Source: Octopus sinensis (lineage: Eukaryota). Taken from it: a stretch of 64,000 nt of DNA. The notes beneath the pieces are model-generated. The model did no database searches. It was not told the origin of the DNA and saw nothing but the letters and a program-made list of their open reading frames with translations. The stretch's first letter is position 1. Every line of letters begins with the position of its first letter. Of this stretch, positions 25,320 through 37,524 are shown piece by piece. Made by a program: the position numbers and the translations under genes. The stretch covers positions 76,880,001-76,944,000 of the forward strand of contig NC_043000.1 of assembly GCF_006345805.1 (NCBI RefSeq), in the 5' to 3' direction.

Positions 25320-27680
25320 ATGAGGACCAAAACCTCACCCCATACAACTGCCATGGAGGATCCAACACCACCCAATACACTTCAGGAAAGAAGAAATCTG
25401 GAAGGCACCCAAGAACCTGTAAATTCTACCAGCAGGGCAAATGTTGGCATGGGGAGGACGGCAAAATCTGCCGGTTTGCCCACTCGACACCCTGCCAGAA
25501 CTTCAGGGGCCTTAAAGAGAAAAGCTTTACTGAGGAAACACAAGAAATGTTTCCCAGGAAAACATTCAGAAAAGAAGTGTGCTCCTCAGATGTTCAGTGC
25601 AACGCAGCAGCTAAGCAAGAGTCTTTTTTGTGCATGGCGCAAAGGATTGTCCAGCAGCTAACCTGGCTACACCAAGCACAAAGAAGGAACCTTGCCCACC
25701 ACTATGCAAGACCACCACAGTCAACAGACACGGGATGGCCTCCCCTAACGCCTACACAGCCGTCACCCCAGTACTTTTACTAAATATTGGGGGCCTGTTC
25801 CATCAAAATAAAAACAAAATTTCTTTCCTGAGAGATCTTACTGCATGCAATCAAGCCCTATGCATAGCACTTGTGGAAACTCACCTCAGTCCTGATAGAG
25901 AGGATGCAGAAGTACACGTATCAAACTATGCCATACTGCGAACAGACAGAAGGGAAAGGAGCCATGGTGGAGTTGCTGTATACATCCGGGATGACTTCAC
26001 ACCCCAGGTCTTAATGACATACTCAAATTCAGTATGTGACACTCTAATTGTATACATAAGACAACATAATATAGTCATATGCAATACATATTGCTCACCG
26101 GATGTTCCAAACCACATAGGCAAGTTTGAAGATTGCCTCACAAGAATTAAAGAAATCCTCATGAATCTGGAACACCACGTGACCATACTTATGGGTGATT
26201 TCAACTTCCCCAACATCAAATGGCCTGAATGTCTCATACTCTCAGGAATGACTCATTGCAAGCAAGCACAGGTGGAGTCCCTGCTCAACCTCACCAATGC
26301 CCTATTCATGGAGCAAGCTGTACTCAGACCAACTAGGGAATAACATTCTGGATCTATGCTTCCCGAACAATATGGACATCATTCATGATGTGAAAGTGAC
26401 ACCGACATTAGTCTCGGATCACAACATAATAGAGCTGTCTATGTTTGGACCGAAAGTAACCAGAGACATACAGCCTAAAGGTGGCACCCAAAGGCTCTCC
26501 AATCTGAACTTCCACAAAGCAGATTGGAAATCGATCCAAAAAGAGATCCTCAGAGAGGACTGGCCAAAATGTCTCTCCACACCAGACATTGACATGAATC
26601 TAGAATGTTTCATGTCTTCTGTGCAAGCCACATGCCAGAAATATGTCCCAGAGCACAAGGCCAAAACAAATAGGAGCAAGATTCCAAGAGAGAGGAAGAT
26701 CCTTGTGAGACGACGGATGAAGGTTGAAAATTGACTCAACCAACATCCCAAAAGTAGCGAAACGTCCCGCCTAAAAACAACGCTGATGGAGATTGAAAAA
26801 AGGCTGCAACAATCCTATGTGAGGGAGAAAGCAGACAAAGAAGCTTGGGTTATAAAAAACATTAAATCAGACCCAAAGGCCTTCTTTCATTACACGAAAG
26901 AAACAGCCTCAGTACACTACAAGATAAAACCCCTCCTCCAAAAGGATGGCTCCCTCACTGACAGTCCAAAAGTGTCTTTACCACCCCATTGTAACAGACA
27001 AGTGAACGAATCAGTGGACTTCTTTGCCGCCTCACCTATAACCAGCGAGGCAGTTACAATGGAATACATTGACATTAGCGAAGATGATATACTACTAGCC
27101 ATAGATGAAGTGGACACAAACTCAACTGCTGGTTCTGATGGTTTCCCAGCAATCCTCCTCAAAGTGTGTAAGCATGCCCTGGCAAAACCCCTCAAAATTC
27201 TCTTCCAGAGCTTTCTTACAAATGGCAAACTGCCAAGCAAGCTGAAGGATGGAATAATATGCCCAATACATAAAGGGGGAAGTAGAGCAGATGCCAAAAA
27301 CTATAGGCCTAGCTCTCTGACTTCACACATCAGCAAAGTCATGGAATGGATAGTCAGAGGGAAACTAATCGCATTCCTTGAGGAAAGTAACTTGCTGAGT
27401 GATACCCAGCATGGTTTTCGACCAGGTAGGAGCTGCCTGACCCAGCTCTTACATTATGACTGGGTGTTGAAGCAAATCAAATGTGGACGTAATATATCTT
27501 GATTTTGCAAAAGCTTTTGACAAGGTGGATCATGGTATGATATGCCACAAACTGCGTGACCTCAGCATAGCTGGAAAACTTGGAGTGTGTTTACGTGACT
27601 TTCTGAAAGTAGTGGTTAATGGAGCCACCTCTATGAACACACAAATAGTAAGCGGTGTTCCACAGGGCACTGTCTTGGTT
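25320..27680 (+). mobile_element. CR1/L2-group LINE relic: CCCH-finger region, APE endonuclease and N-terminal half of RT; 3'-truncated
   Basis: ORFs 25630-26343 (LNIGGL, VETHL, RTDR...GGVAVYIR, MGDFNFP), 26786-27502 (NYRP.SLTSHISKVME, QHGFRPGRSCLTQL) and 27483-27725 (YLDFAKAFDKVDH, SGVPQGTVL). Confidence 0.9.
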
Positions 27681-27689
27681 AATTGCAAC

Positions 27690-28441
27690 AGGAGAAATAG
27701 TGATCAATTTGGCTGCTATTTCTAATATTTTCGGTATGTGGTTTTGAGCAACTTGTTGCAATTAACCCTTAATTATAATTATTATAATCCTTACCAAATA
27801 TGGTCTTTTCCATACTGATAAATCTACTAGGCGAAATTTATTAATTTTATTAAATTAATTATATTCCACCCTTTTTTGCATATTGAATACAATTGCTCCC
27901 TTACAAGAAATCTACGAAACTTTGTTTTGTTGGTAATGTTTTTGTAGCTCACGTGGTAATTTTGGAGGGAGATATATTTATTCGCATGTCTGTATAAGTG
28001 TAGGAATGCTAGCTGTCTGTTAGATCGTTCAATGTCGCTGGTCGTGCTGGTGTAACGGGTGAGTTTTTCCCCTAGCATTTCTAGATTTATAGGAAATATT
28101 ATATTGACAAGGAAATGAGCCTTCGGTTCTAATCCAGAAACAATTTGTCTATAATTAATCTATAGGCTAGGATTTCGTTAATTTCTTCCTTTTTTGCCAT
28201 ATACAGGTTACAAATTCTGTTTGTTTGTGGAGACTTTTTATTAGTAGGAGAAATAGTGATCAATTTGGCTGCTATTTCTAATATTTTCGGTATGTGGTTT
28301 TGAGCAACTTGTTGCATTTAACCCTTAATTATAATTATTATAATCCTTACCAAATATGGTCTTTTCCATACCGATAAATCTACTAGGTGAAATTTATTAA
28401 TTTTATTAAATTAATTATATTCCACCCTTTTTTGCATATTG
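27690..28441 (+). mobile_element. Hammerhead-bearing repeat: 556-bp monomer plus a 196-bp partial second copy (pLTR/retrozyme-like)
   Basis: Near-identical direct repeats at 27690-27885 and 28246-28441; HHR-like fold at 28098-28155; homologous monomer at 54247-54690 (-). Confidence 0.7.
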
Positions 28442-28527
28442 TATATATATATATATAGATGTATGTACGTACATATACATGTATACATATATAGACATAT
28501 TCATATGCACACACGAACATATATATA

Positions 28528-28687
28528 ATGCAAATAAGTAACAAGGATGTGAAGGTATTAGTGCATTACAGCTATTTCAGGCAGCTCTATTTAACCAAAC
28601 AATGCAAGCATTACATGATCGATTAAATGAAGACGCCTGAAATGGCTGCAATGCACTAATACCTTCACATCCTTGTTACTTATTTGC
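28528..28687. repeat. 53-bp near-perfect inverted repeat in a (TA)n-flanked element
   Basis: gcaaataagtaacaaggatgtgaaggtattagtgcattacagctatttcaggc and its reverse complement, 2 mismatches. Confidence 0.9.
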
Positions 28688-29172
28688 TTATACTTTGAAC
28701 TGTGCACCTAATACTGGACTGACTCGGTGCCTCAACTTAAGTACCAAATTCAACTTAATCTTATATATATATATATATATAATATATATATACACACACA
28801 CACATGTATGCATGTGAATATATTAGGTATATATAAATAGATGTGTGTATATTTAAAACGGAAAAAATAGATAAAAAGTTACCAGAGTAGCAAAAAAATC
28901 ACACAAGTAAAAAGGGTGTAACTCCTTGTTTTTAAAGGTAGATACTCTGGCTTTACATGAAATATTTTGTATAATATATATAAATAAATATATGGAGTTA
29001 AACACAGGTGTTATTCAAATTCTTTCACTACCAAAACATGTTTTGAAGATATCACTGGTATTGTTCCAAAGGAATAAAATGGTGCAAAACAATGTAATCT
29101 TCTCTTAAGGGAAATGAAGAAATGAAACTCGTCAATAAGACATTTTAACAGAATATGATGGATATGTATATG

Positions 29173-29208
<36 letters not shown>

Positions 29209-29352
29209 CGCAGGCATGGCTGTGTGCTAAGAAGCTTGCGAGCCAACTACATGGTTCCAGGTTGAGTCTCTTCTACTATAGCCTTGGGCTGATCAAAGTC
29301 ATGTCAGTGAATTTGGTTAATGAAGTAAGTCCTGTATATATATATATATATA

Positions 29353-29575
29353 GGCGCAATGGCCTAGTGGTTAGGGCAGCGGACTCGCGGTCGCAGGATC
29401 GCGGTTTCGATTCTCAGACCGGGCGTTGTGTGTGTTTATTGAGCGAAAACACCTAAAAGCTCTACGAGGCTCCGGCAGGGGGTGGTGATCCCTGCTGTAC
29501 TCTTTCACCACAATGGCGGTGCCCCAGCATGGCCACAGCTCAAGAGCTGAAACTGGAAAAACAAAAACAAAACAA
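29353..29575 (+). mobile_element. tRNA-derived SINE
   Basis: A box tggcctagtgg, B box ggtttcgattc, cloverleaf-like head, non-tRNA body, A-rich tail, inserted in (TA)n. Confidence 0.8.
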
Positions 29576-29844
29576 ATATATATATATATAAATATATATA
29601 TTATGTATGTATGTGTATTTTTGTCTGTGTTTGTTCCCCACTACCATCATTTACAAACCGATGTTGATGTGTTTATGTCCCCGTAACTTAGAGTTTTAGT
29701 AGAAGATATTAATAGAATAAGCACCAAGCTTACAAAGAATAAGTTCAGGGGTTGATTTCTTCAACTAAAAGGCAGTGCTGATGCATGGCCTCACCCAAAT
29801 GATTGAAAGAAGTAACAGAGTAAAAGAGTAATGTATATGTATGT

Positions 29845-32679
29845 ATCATCATCATCATCATCATCATCATCGTTTAACCTCCGTTCTCCATGCTAGCATG
29901 GGTTGGATGGTTCGACCGGAGATCTGGGAAGCCAGAAGGCTGCACCAGGCTCCTGTCTTATCTGGCAATGTTTCTACAGCTGGATGCCCTTCCTAACGCC
30001 AACCACTCCGCGAGTGTAGTGGGTGCTTTTTACGTGCCACCCGCACAGGTGCCAGGCGAGGCTGGCAACAGCCACGGTCGGATTGGTGCATTTTACGTGC
30101 CACCGGCACGGAAGCCAGTCGGGGCGGAGCTGGCATCGGCCACGATTCGGATAGTGCTTTTTACATACCACCAGTCCAGGGGTCCTGGCATCTGCCAGGT
30201 GCCAGTCATAAAATTGGTTCAATTTCAATTTCACTTGCCCCAACATGTCTTCGCAAGCAAAGGGGGTTGGCATCGGTGCCTGTCGTCGGATGAGGTTCGA
30301 TATCGACTTCGCTTGCCTCAACAGGTCTTTGTGTCCAAGGGAGGAAAGGCATGCATAAGTGGGCTGGGCTCACTTGTCCTGCCTGGTCTTCACATGTACA
30401 GCATATTTCCAAAGGTCTTGGTCGCTGGTCATTTCCTCAGTGAGGCCTAAAGTTCGAAGGACGTGCTTCACCACCTCGTCCCAGGTTTTCCTGGGTCTAC
30501 CTCTTCCACGGGTTCCCTCAACTGCTAGGGATGGGCACTTTTTCACACACCTATCTTCATCCATTCTCGCCACATGACCATACCAGCGCAAACGTCTTTC
30601 TTGCACACCACAACTGATGCTTCTTAGGTACAACATTTCTCTCAAGGTACTAACGCTCTGTCGAGTATGTACACTGACATTACACATCCATCGGAGCATA
30701 CTGGCTTCATTCCTCGCGAGCTTACACATGTCCTCAGCAGTCACGGCCCATGTTTCACTGCCATGTAGCATGGCTGTTCGTACACATGCATCATACAGTC
30801 TGCCTTTTACTCTGAGCGAGAGGCCTTTAGTCACCAGCAGAGGTAAGAGCTCCCTAAACTTTGCCCAGGCTATTCTTATTCTAGCAGTTACACTTTCAAT
30901 GCACCCACCCCCACTACTGACTTGGTCACCTAGATAACGGAAGCTATCAACTACTTCTAGTTTTTTCCCCTGGAAAGTGACGGAAGTTGTTTTCTGCAGA
31001 TTTTCAGAGGTTAATGCTCCCGAGCATCTGCCACATTCAAAAACTATCTTCCCAGTTAGCCTACCTTTGACATTGCTGCACCTCTTATGTGTCCATAGCT
31101 TACACTGGGTACATCTTATAGAGTTTCTACCTACACCTTTTCTACAGATCGAGCAGGGCCATCTTCCTGAAGACATTTGTGGATTGTCTACCTTCCAACT
31201 TATTAGTACTTTGGTTTTAGCTAGGTTGACTCTAAGGCCCCTCGATTCTAAACCCTCCTTCCACACCTGGAACTTCTCCTCCAGTTCTGATAGTGACTCA
31301 ACAATTAGAGCAAGGTAGTCAGCATAGAGGAGCTCCCAGGGGCAACCTGTCTTGAATTCCTCCGTAATTGCCTGGAGGACTATGATAAATAGGAGGGGGC
31401 TGAGTACTGAACCCTGGTGAACCCCAACCTCTACTTTGAATTCTTCTGTGTACATGTTGCCAACCCTCACCTTACTTACGGCATCTCTGTACATGGCTTG
31501 CACAGTCCTCACCAGCCATTCATCTATCTCTAGTTTCCTCATTGACCACCAGATAAGGGATCGGGGGCCCTGTCAAAGGCTTTCTCCATGTCAACAAAAG
31601 CCAGGTACAGGGGCTTATCTTTGGCTAGGTATTTCTCCTGCAGCTGCCTTACCAGGAATATAGCATCAGTGGTACTTTTCCCTGGCATGAACCCAAACTG
31701 CATCTCATCTAAACTAACTCTCTCTCTAATTAGTTGGGCTATGACCCTCTCCGTAACCTTCATTACCTGATCCAACAGCTTGATACCTCTGTAATTATTT
31801 GTATCTAGGGCGTCACCTTTACCTTTGTAGCAGTTGACTAGTATGCTGCTACACCAGTCATTGGGTATGACTCCTTCGTGTATCACCTGGTTGTCTATAT
31901 GGGTGACTAGGTTATAGCCGACACTGCCAGATATTTTGAGCATCTCTGCAGTAATTCCTGATGGGCCTGGGGCTTTCCCTGTCTTCATGCTTCTAATTGC
32001 TTTAACTACCAAAGAATTTTCAACTCAGATGGCTGGTCCCTCTGTTGGGTTGACATTCGGCAGACTCTCTTTATCCCATTCATTTTCTTTATTCAGCAAC
32101 CTTTCATAGTGGCATCTCCAAACCTCTCTCTTTGCATCCTCATTTAGCGCAAGTGAACCATCATCCATGCGGACACATTTCTCTCCTACCACATCATGAT
32201 TCTCTCTCACACACTGTCTTGCAACACGAAATACCTCAAGTCTTTCATCCTCATGGCTCAGAACATCGGCAAATTTTTTCTTATCCGCTTCCCCTCTGGC
32301 TAAATAAACCTGTCTCCTAGCTTCCCTTCTGGCTGTCTGATACAATTCCCTGCTAACACCGTTCTTCCAGTCCTTCCAAGCCTGTCTCTTTTGTCTAATA
32401 GCCCTGTCAACCACAGTGTTCCACCACCACGTTACTCTGGGTCGAGATGGTACTTTGCTCCATCCACAGATCTAGTCAGTGGCTGTCAGCAGATTGTCCC
32501 GTAGAAATCTCCAGTTGTCTTCCACATTAAGTGAAGCTATATCCTCTTCTATTTCGTCAAAGGCTTCGAATAGTATGTCTCTAAATCTCTGTCCATTTGC
32601 AGGATCTTTAAGCTTCCAGACCCTTCTCCTCCAAGCTGGTCTTCTTCTGGGCAACCATTTAGCTCTGATCCTGAAGTCG

Positions 32680-32680
<1 letters not shown>
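29845..32680 (-). mobile_element. 5'-truncated RTE LINE (~2.8 kb; RT with YADY, PHD-like finger, 3'UTR, (ATG)n tail)
   Basis: ORFs 30370-31542, 31539-32012 and 32025-32414 are homologous to the 55340-59494 copy. Confidence 0.95.
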
Positions 32681-32742
<62 letters not shown>

Positions 32743-32797
32743 CATACAGGTGTATATACATATGTATATTTATATACATGTGTATATATATATATAT

Positions 32798-33086
32798 AAC
32801 AATTGCAGCGTGGAAGGTGTTTGTAAGCCATTTAAGAAACACACAAAAGCCATTCGATTCACTTCAACATTTAAGTTTAATTTGTCAAAAAATTTTCGTC
32901 GCTAAAATCCGCGACCTGTTCACTGACAAAAATCCGTGCTGCATCTCACGGATTTTTGTCAGTGAACAGGTCGCGGATTTTAGCGACGAAAATATTTGAC
33001 AAATTAAACTTAAATGTTGAAATGAATCGAACGGCTTTTGTGTGTTTCTTAAATGGCTTACAAACACCTTCCACGCTGCAATTGTT
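32798..33086. repeat. Near-perfect palindrome (141/140-bp arms, 8-nt loop) in a (TA)n-flanked element
   Basis: Arms 32798-32938 and 32947-33086 are reverse complements with about four differences. Confidence 0.95.
32955..33003 (+). ncRNA. Type I minimal hammerhead-ribozyme-like motif with a G3-C8 core variant (mirror copy on - at 32881-32930)
   Basis: Stem I UUUGUCA/UGACAAA, core GUGAACAG, stem II GUCGC/GCGAC, GAAA, AUAU-U cleavage region. Confidence 0.6.
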
Positions 33087-33143
33087 TTCGTTTCAGCACA
33101 CGATCTCAGATCAAATCACTTACTATGCAAGTACATCTCCGTA

Positions 33144-33182
<39 letters not shown>

Positions 33183-33189
33183 ATATACA

Positions 33190-34330
33190 CATATACACAA
33201 TAATATGTTACATTACTCGATAGTCAAGATAAAACTCTGAGTTTCAGATGCCGAATTGGAAATCCACAACACCATCTCTTCGGTTATCTGGCTATTTGAA
33301 AACGCTATGAAAAAATACCGTTATATAAATGGAAATTACTGTGTTATAACTCTGCTTGCCTGTGTACTTATACATCGCTTGCATTTTTCGTCATAAAAAT
33401 TATATAAAAATACATTAAAAATATATAAAATCTTCTTGGGACATAACATAGAAAGCATGTTCTATCTGTTTTCTTTAGGGGACCAAAAACGTAACAGAAA
33501 TTTAGTCACATGTGGGCATGATCTGAAAAGTTCTGTCCTTGTGTTTAGACATGTAGTAGGGTCTAAGCTGCTTTTCCAGATAAGCCATCTCTCCATGTTG
33601 CATAGACCGCACCTTCTGGCCAAAATCTTCCATTGTATGTTATAATCGACACTTTTATCTCTTAAAGACCAAATATAATTAGATAATTGTGTCGCTTTTC
33701 TTTTGTACCAGTGCCTAAAGCTCAAAGTGTGGTTATTGAACCTGGCCTTGAAATTACCCTCTGTAAGGCCCACGTATTTCTTCGTCGAAACAGTGTCTTT
33801 AGTGGTTACAGAGTTTACGGTAGCTTCATATATGATGGTCTTGGACATGCAAGCTCCATTTAGCGGGCACAATTCTTTATTCCTACATGAACAGCTGTTT
33901 ACTTGTTGTGTTTTTTGTATGTTATGTTTGATTATGTTTTTAAAATTGGTAGTTGAACTAAAACTAATTTTTAAATTGTGTCTATTGATGAGTTTCCTAT
34001 AAGTATGGTTAACTGGAAAATGTCTATCTATCAGTGCTAGGAAATATTTACCTATATTGAAGGCCACCTCGGGTGAGTAAGGGGGCGTAAACCAGATGAC
34101 CTTCCTATTTCTATTATTCCTTTTCCTTACTATTGGGCTAGTGATGGGTGTATATTTTATTTTTTCGCTAAAACCACTATCTTTTAAAGCCTTATTATAA
34201 ACTGGGGCAACGCTATTGAAGATGTCCTTATCAGAGGAGAGGCTAGAAATCCTCTTACTAATATTTTTAACTAAATTTTTGAATACTATAGGGGGATGGC
34301 ATGAACCTACATTAATATAACTTAGTCTAT
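33190..34330 (-). mobile_element. Penelope-like element 3' part (GIY-YIG endonuclease)
   Basis: ORF 33462-34067: CSCRNKELCPLNGAC...IIYEATV...KYVGLTEGNFKARFNNH; its downstream segment recurs at ~63940-64000. Confidence 0.9.
33227..33289 (-). ncRNA. Hammerhead-like motif in the Penelope 3' region (U4 to C change)
   Basis: Stem I AGAUAA/UUAUCU, CCGAAGA, stem II GAUG...CAUC, GAAA, stem III ACUC-A-GAGU, GUU site. Confidence 0.6.
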
Positions 34331-34443
34331 CATTGGGCTTCCTATAAGGCTTATAAATACTTATTAAGATCTAAGGAAACGTCTAAGAAATTGACATATA
34401 TATATATGTATATTTATATTTATATTTTTATGATTGTACTTTA

Positions 34444-34568
34444 TAATCTCTGACGAGACCTAGAGATATGAGTACCTCATTTTCAACTACCAATTACTTC
34501 AATACACTTGACTAATATAGGCAGAATGAGATACTTTTATCTATGGGCTGAAACAGCTGTAAATGATT
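34444..34568 (+). ncRNA. Hammerhead-like motif with a long stem II
   Basis: CUGACGA (34450-56), ~30-bp imperfect stem II, GAAA (34550-53), palindromic ACAGCUGU, GUA site; weak stem I. Confidence 0.5.
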
Positions 34569-34743
34569 TTAATAATTTATATTCATGTTTTTTAATAATT
34601 GCTTGTTTTCTTATTTTATATACATAGAATAATATGCTATATGTATGTATGTTATTATAATTATCATTTTAATAAATAAGTTAACATTTTAATGTCTTAA
34701 AGTTAATGAACCAACTATTGTGCTTCTCCATTTTCTTATTTGC

Positions 34744-34802
<59 letters not shown>

Positions 34803-35082
34803 ATATATATATATACATATATATATAAACATATATTTATATATATTTTATTTTATAATTTTATATTTTATATTGAACTCATTTATTTCTTTTGTTTATT
34901 TTTGTTTATTGCTCGCATATGACCGTTATTTGAAAGGGCCAATCAAACAAATCCATTTTTAAAGGTGTAACGTTTATACTAGTCTTGATAGAATTATATT
35001 GGTTCTATTTTAACAAAACTGTCCAACGAACGTGAAACTCTGAGTAACTACTTTTGTTGAATTTCTGCTGCTTTTAAATAAA

Positions 35083-35136
<54 letters not shown>

Positions 35137-35150
35137 TATATATGTGTATA

Positions 35151-35188
<38 letters not shown>

Positions 35189-36379
35189 CACACACACACA
35201 CACACACATGTATATATGAACAGACATTTATGTGACCGCATGTGTATTGTTGGCGATTTTCTTTCTCCATCTTCCCTTCCTTGGACTTTTCTTTTTTTCT
35301 ATATTTCTGCCGAAGAGCTCCGCTCAAAAAATTATATCCCCCTTTTTTCTTTCCTTTCCTGAGCGTCCAATAACACTATACTTGTTCCACGTCCTTGCGT
35401 TTTCTCTTTGTTCATGTTTGGATTAACTATATACACACACAAACACACATTCATACATATATTTTTACATATACATACACACTTGAACAAACACATAAAT
35501 ATATAACACATATTTATATTTAAATACACACACATTACACCACTTTCTGTAAAATCTATTATTATACACTCTCCCTGGCAACAAGCGTAGGTGTGTCAAC
35601 ATCACTATGAGATAGCCTCTAGAAGGCACTTATGTCCATACATCTGTACAGAATATATTGCTTTTTCACCCTGTATCTCCAAACAGATTGTAAAAGGTAG
35701 CTGTAGCTGTGGTAGAGCTGTAATAACTTCATCTTAGCAAACAAGACATATTCTATAGCTGCATGTGGATCTAGATCCTCACATAAACACAACATGCATA
35801 TCTAACTTGTGAGGAGCTTACTAACCATATCGGTTAGCATGTGGCTCTATGATGAACCTAATGGACTTCTTATTCAGTAACTCCAAGAAATAAAGATGTA
35901 CAATGGCTGCCGGACCAAACATAGACAATTATTTTACCAATTATAATTTCAGAAGTAGGCAACCTACTTTAAGCAAGTTTTTTTTTCTCTCTTTTCGTTG
36001 TTTATTACACTTCATGGCAAGTTAAGTTACGTTAATTTTTTGGCTCAAAAAGCAAAAAGCAAGGCCATGTAGGGGGACATGGAGTTATGTACAGGAGTGT
36101 TCATGCAAAGAGTTCAGGCCATTTCTGGTCAAGAGAGACTTTAAACCGAGCAGTCGTCGGCATCTTCACTATCTTGTCCGGCAGCACAACAATACCAATA
36201 ACCATCATGTCGGCACTTAATAAAATGGTCAAGAATTTAGCTCTGTCCGAAGTTCATAGATAGAAATGGCTTGCATAGATGACACAATAAAATTTTTAAA
36301 CTGGGGTTATTTTGAGAGCTGACGCTTACAGCAAGCTGGCTTGGCACAGCAGGAAGTTTATATTAACAAGGGTAACTCT

Positions 36380-36740
36380 TAATAATTGACAAGTTGAGTT
36401 TAACAGCCATATGGGAGATATTGACAGCTGAGGGTTTACAATAGGGGTCACATTGACAGTCAAGAATTTACAATCATATGGGTTACATTGACAGTGAAGG
36501 ATTTTCCACAATATGAATTACACTGAAAGCTGAGGGTTTACAATACAAGACACATTGATATCAGAATTTTACTGCAATATGAAGCACACTGACAGTTAAG
36601 TGTTTATTAAATATATGGGTTAAATTGATAGTTGTGGATTTACTACAACAAGGGTCACATTGAGGTTTATCATTTTGGCCACATTGGCACCAACATGAAT
36701 GACAACAATACTGGATATTTCAATACTGAAGAATTATGGC
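36380..36740. repeat. Degenerate ~35-bp minisatellite
   Basis: Recurrent cattgacag(t/c)...gg(g/a)tttacaat...gggtca units. Confidence 0.6.
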
Positions 36741-37268
36741 ACCATAGGTGAATGGATTAAAGGTATAAAGCTATAGTAATATGACACAACTGTTAAGTGG
36801 AGGTTTACACTTGTAATGTGAACTGTTAATTTATATAGATTCTGTAAGCTTGATTCAACAATTCAGGGATACAAAACAACATGGCTCCTCAACATAGCAA
36901 AAGGGTCAGCAAAATGGTAACAACAAGAACACCAGGTGTAACAGTTTAGAGAGCAATACAAAATTGACCGTCAGGTAAGTGGGTTATACCAAATATAACA
37001 TATAACCAGAGAGGTATGCATACAAACAACTAAATAAACACACATACACACATATGAATCATACAACACATATACTGTTGTGGACAAACAAACCAGTTAT
37101 TCCGGATCCTTCTGTAAGATACAATAAGCACAAAATCCCAACTACTGAATAAATAACAGCAGTTGGCTGTATAAAATACAGTAAAGACATAAAAAAAGAC
37201 AGAGGAATGTATTATATAAGTGTGTGTGTATATATGTGTGTATGTATATATATTTGCATATATACATT

Positions 37269-37312
<44 letters not shown>

Positions 37313-37352
37313 TATATACACACACAGATACATATATAAACACACAACAGAC

Positions 37353-37385
<33 letters not shown>

Positions 37386-37489
37386 TACATAAACATATGG
37401 ATACATACTGTATATACATATATACAAATAATACACTTGCGTATATGTATATATATCATGCTAGCATGGAAAGCGGACGTTAAACGATG

Positions 37490-37524
<35 letters not shown>

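Noticed and set aside
28129-28317. Minus-strand ORF as a Penelope GIY-YIG C-terminus
   Set aside because: The resemblance is vague, it lacks the conserved Cys/GIY-YIG residues, and it is antisense to the hammerhead.
29353-29425. Functional tRNA gene
   Set aside because: The acceptor stem and anticodon arm are imperfect and it runs into a SINE body with an A-rich tail.
34960-35055. Another hammerhead (GAAA-CUCUGAG-UA-ACUA)
   Set aside because: The 3' half fits, but no acceptable CUGAnGA box adjoins a stem II.
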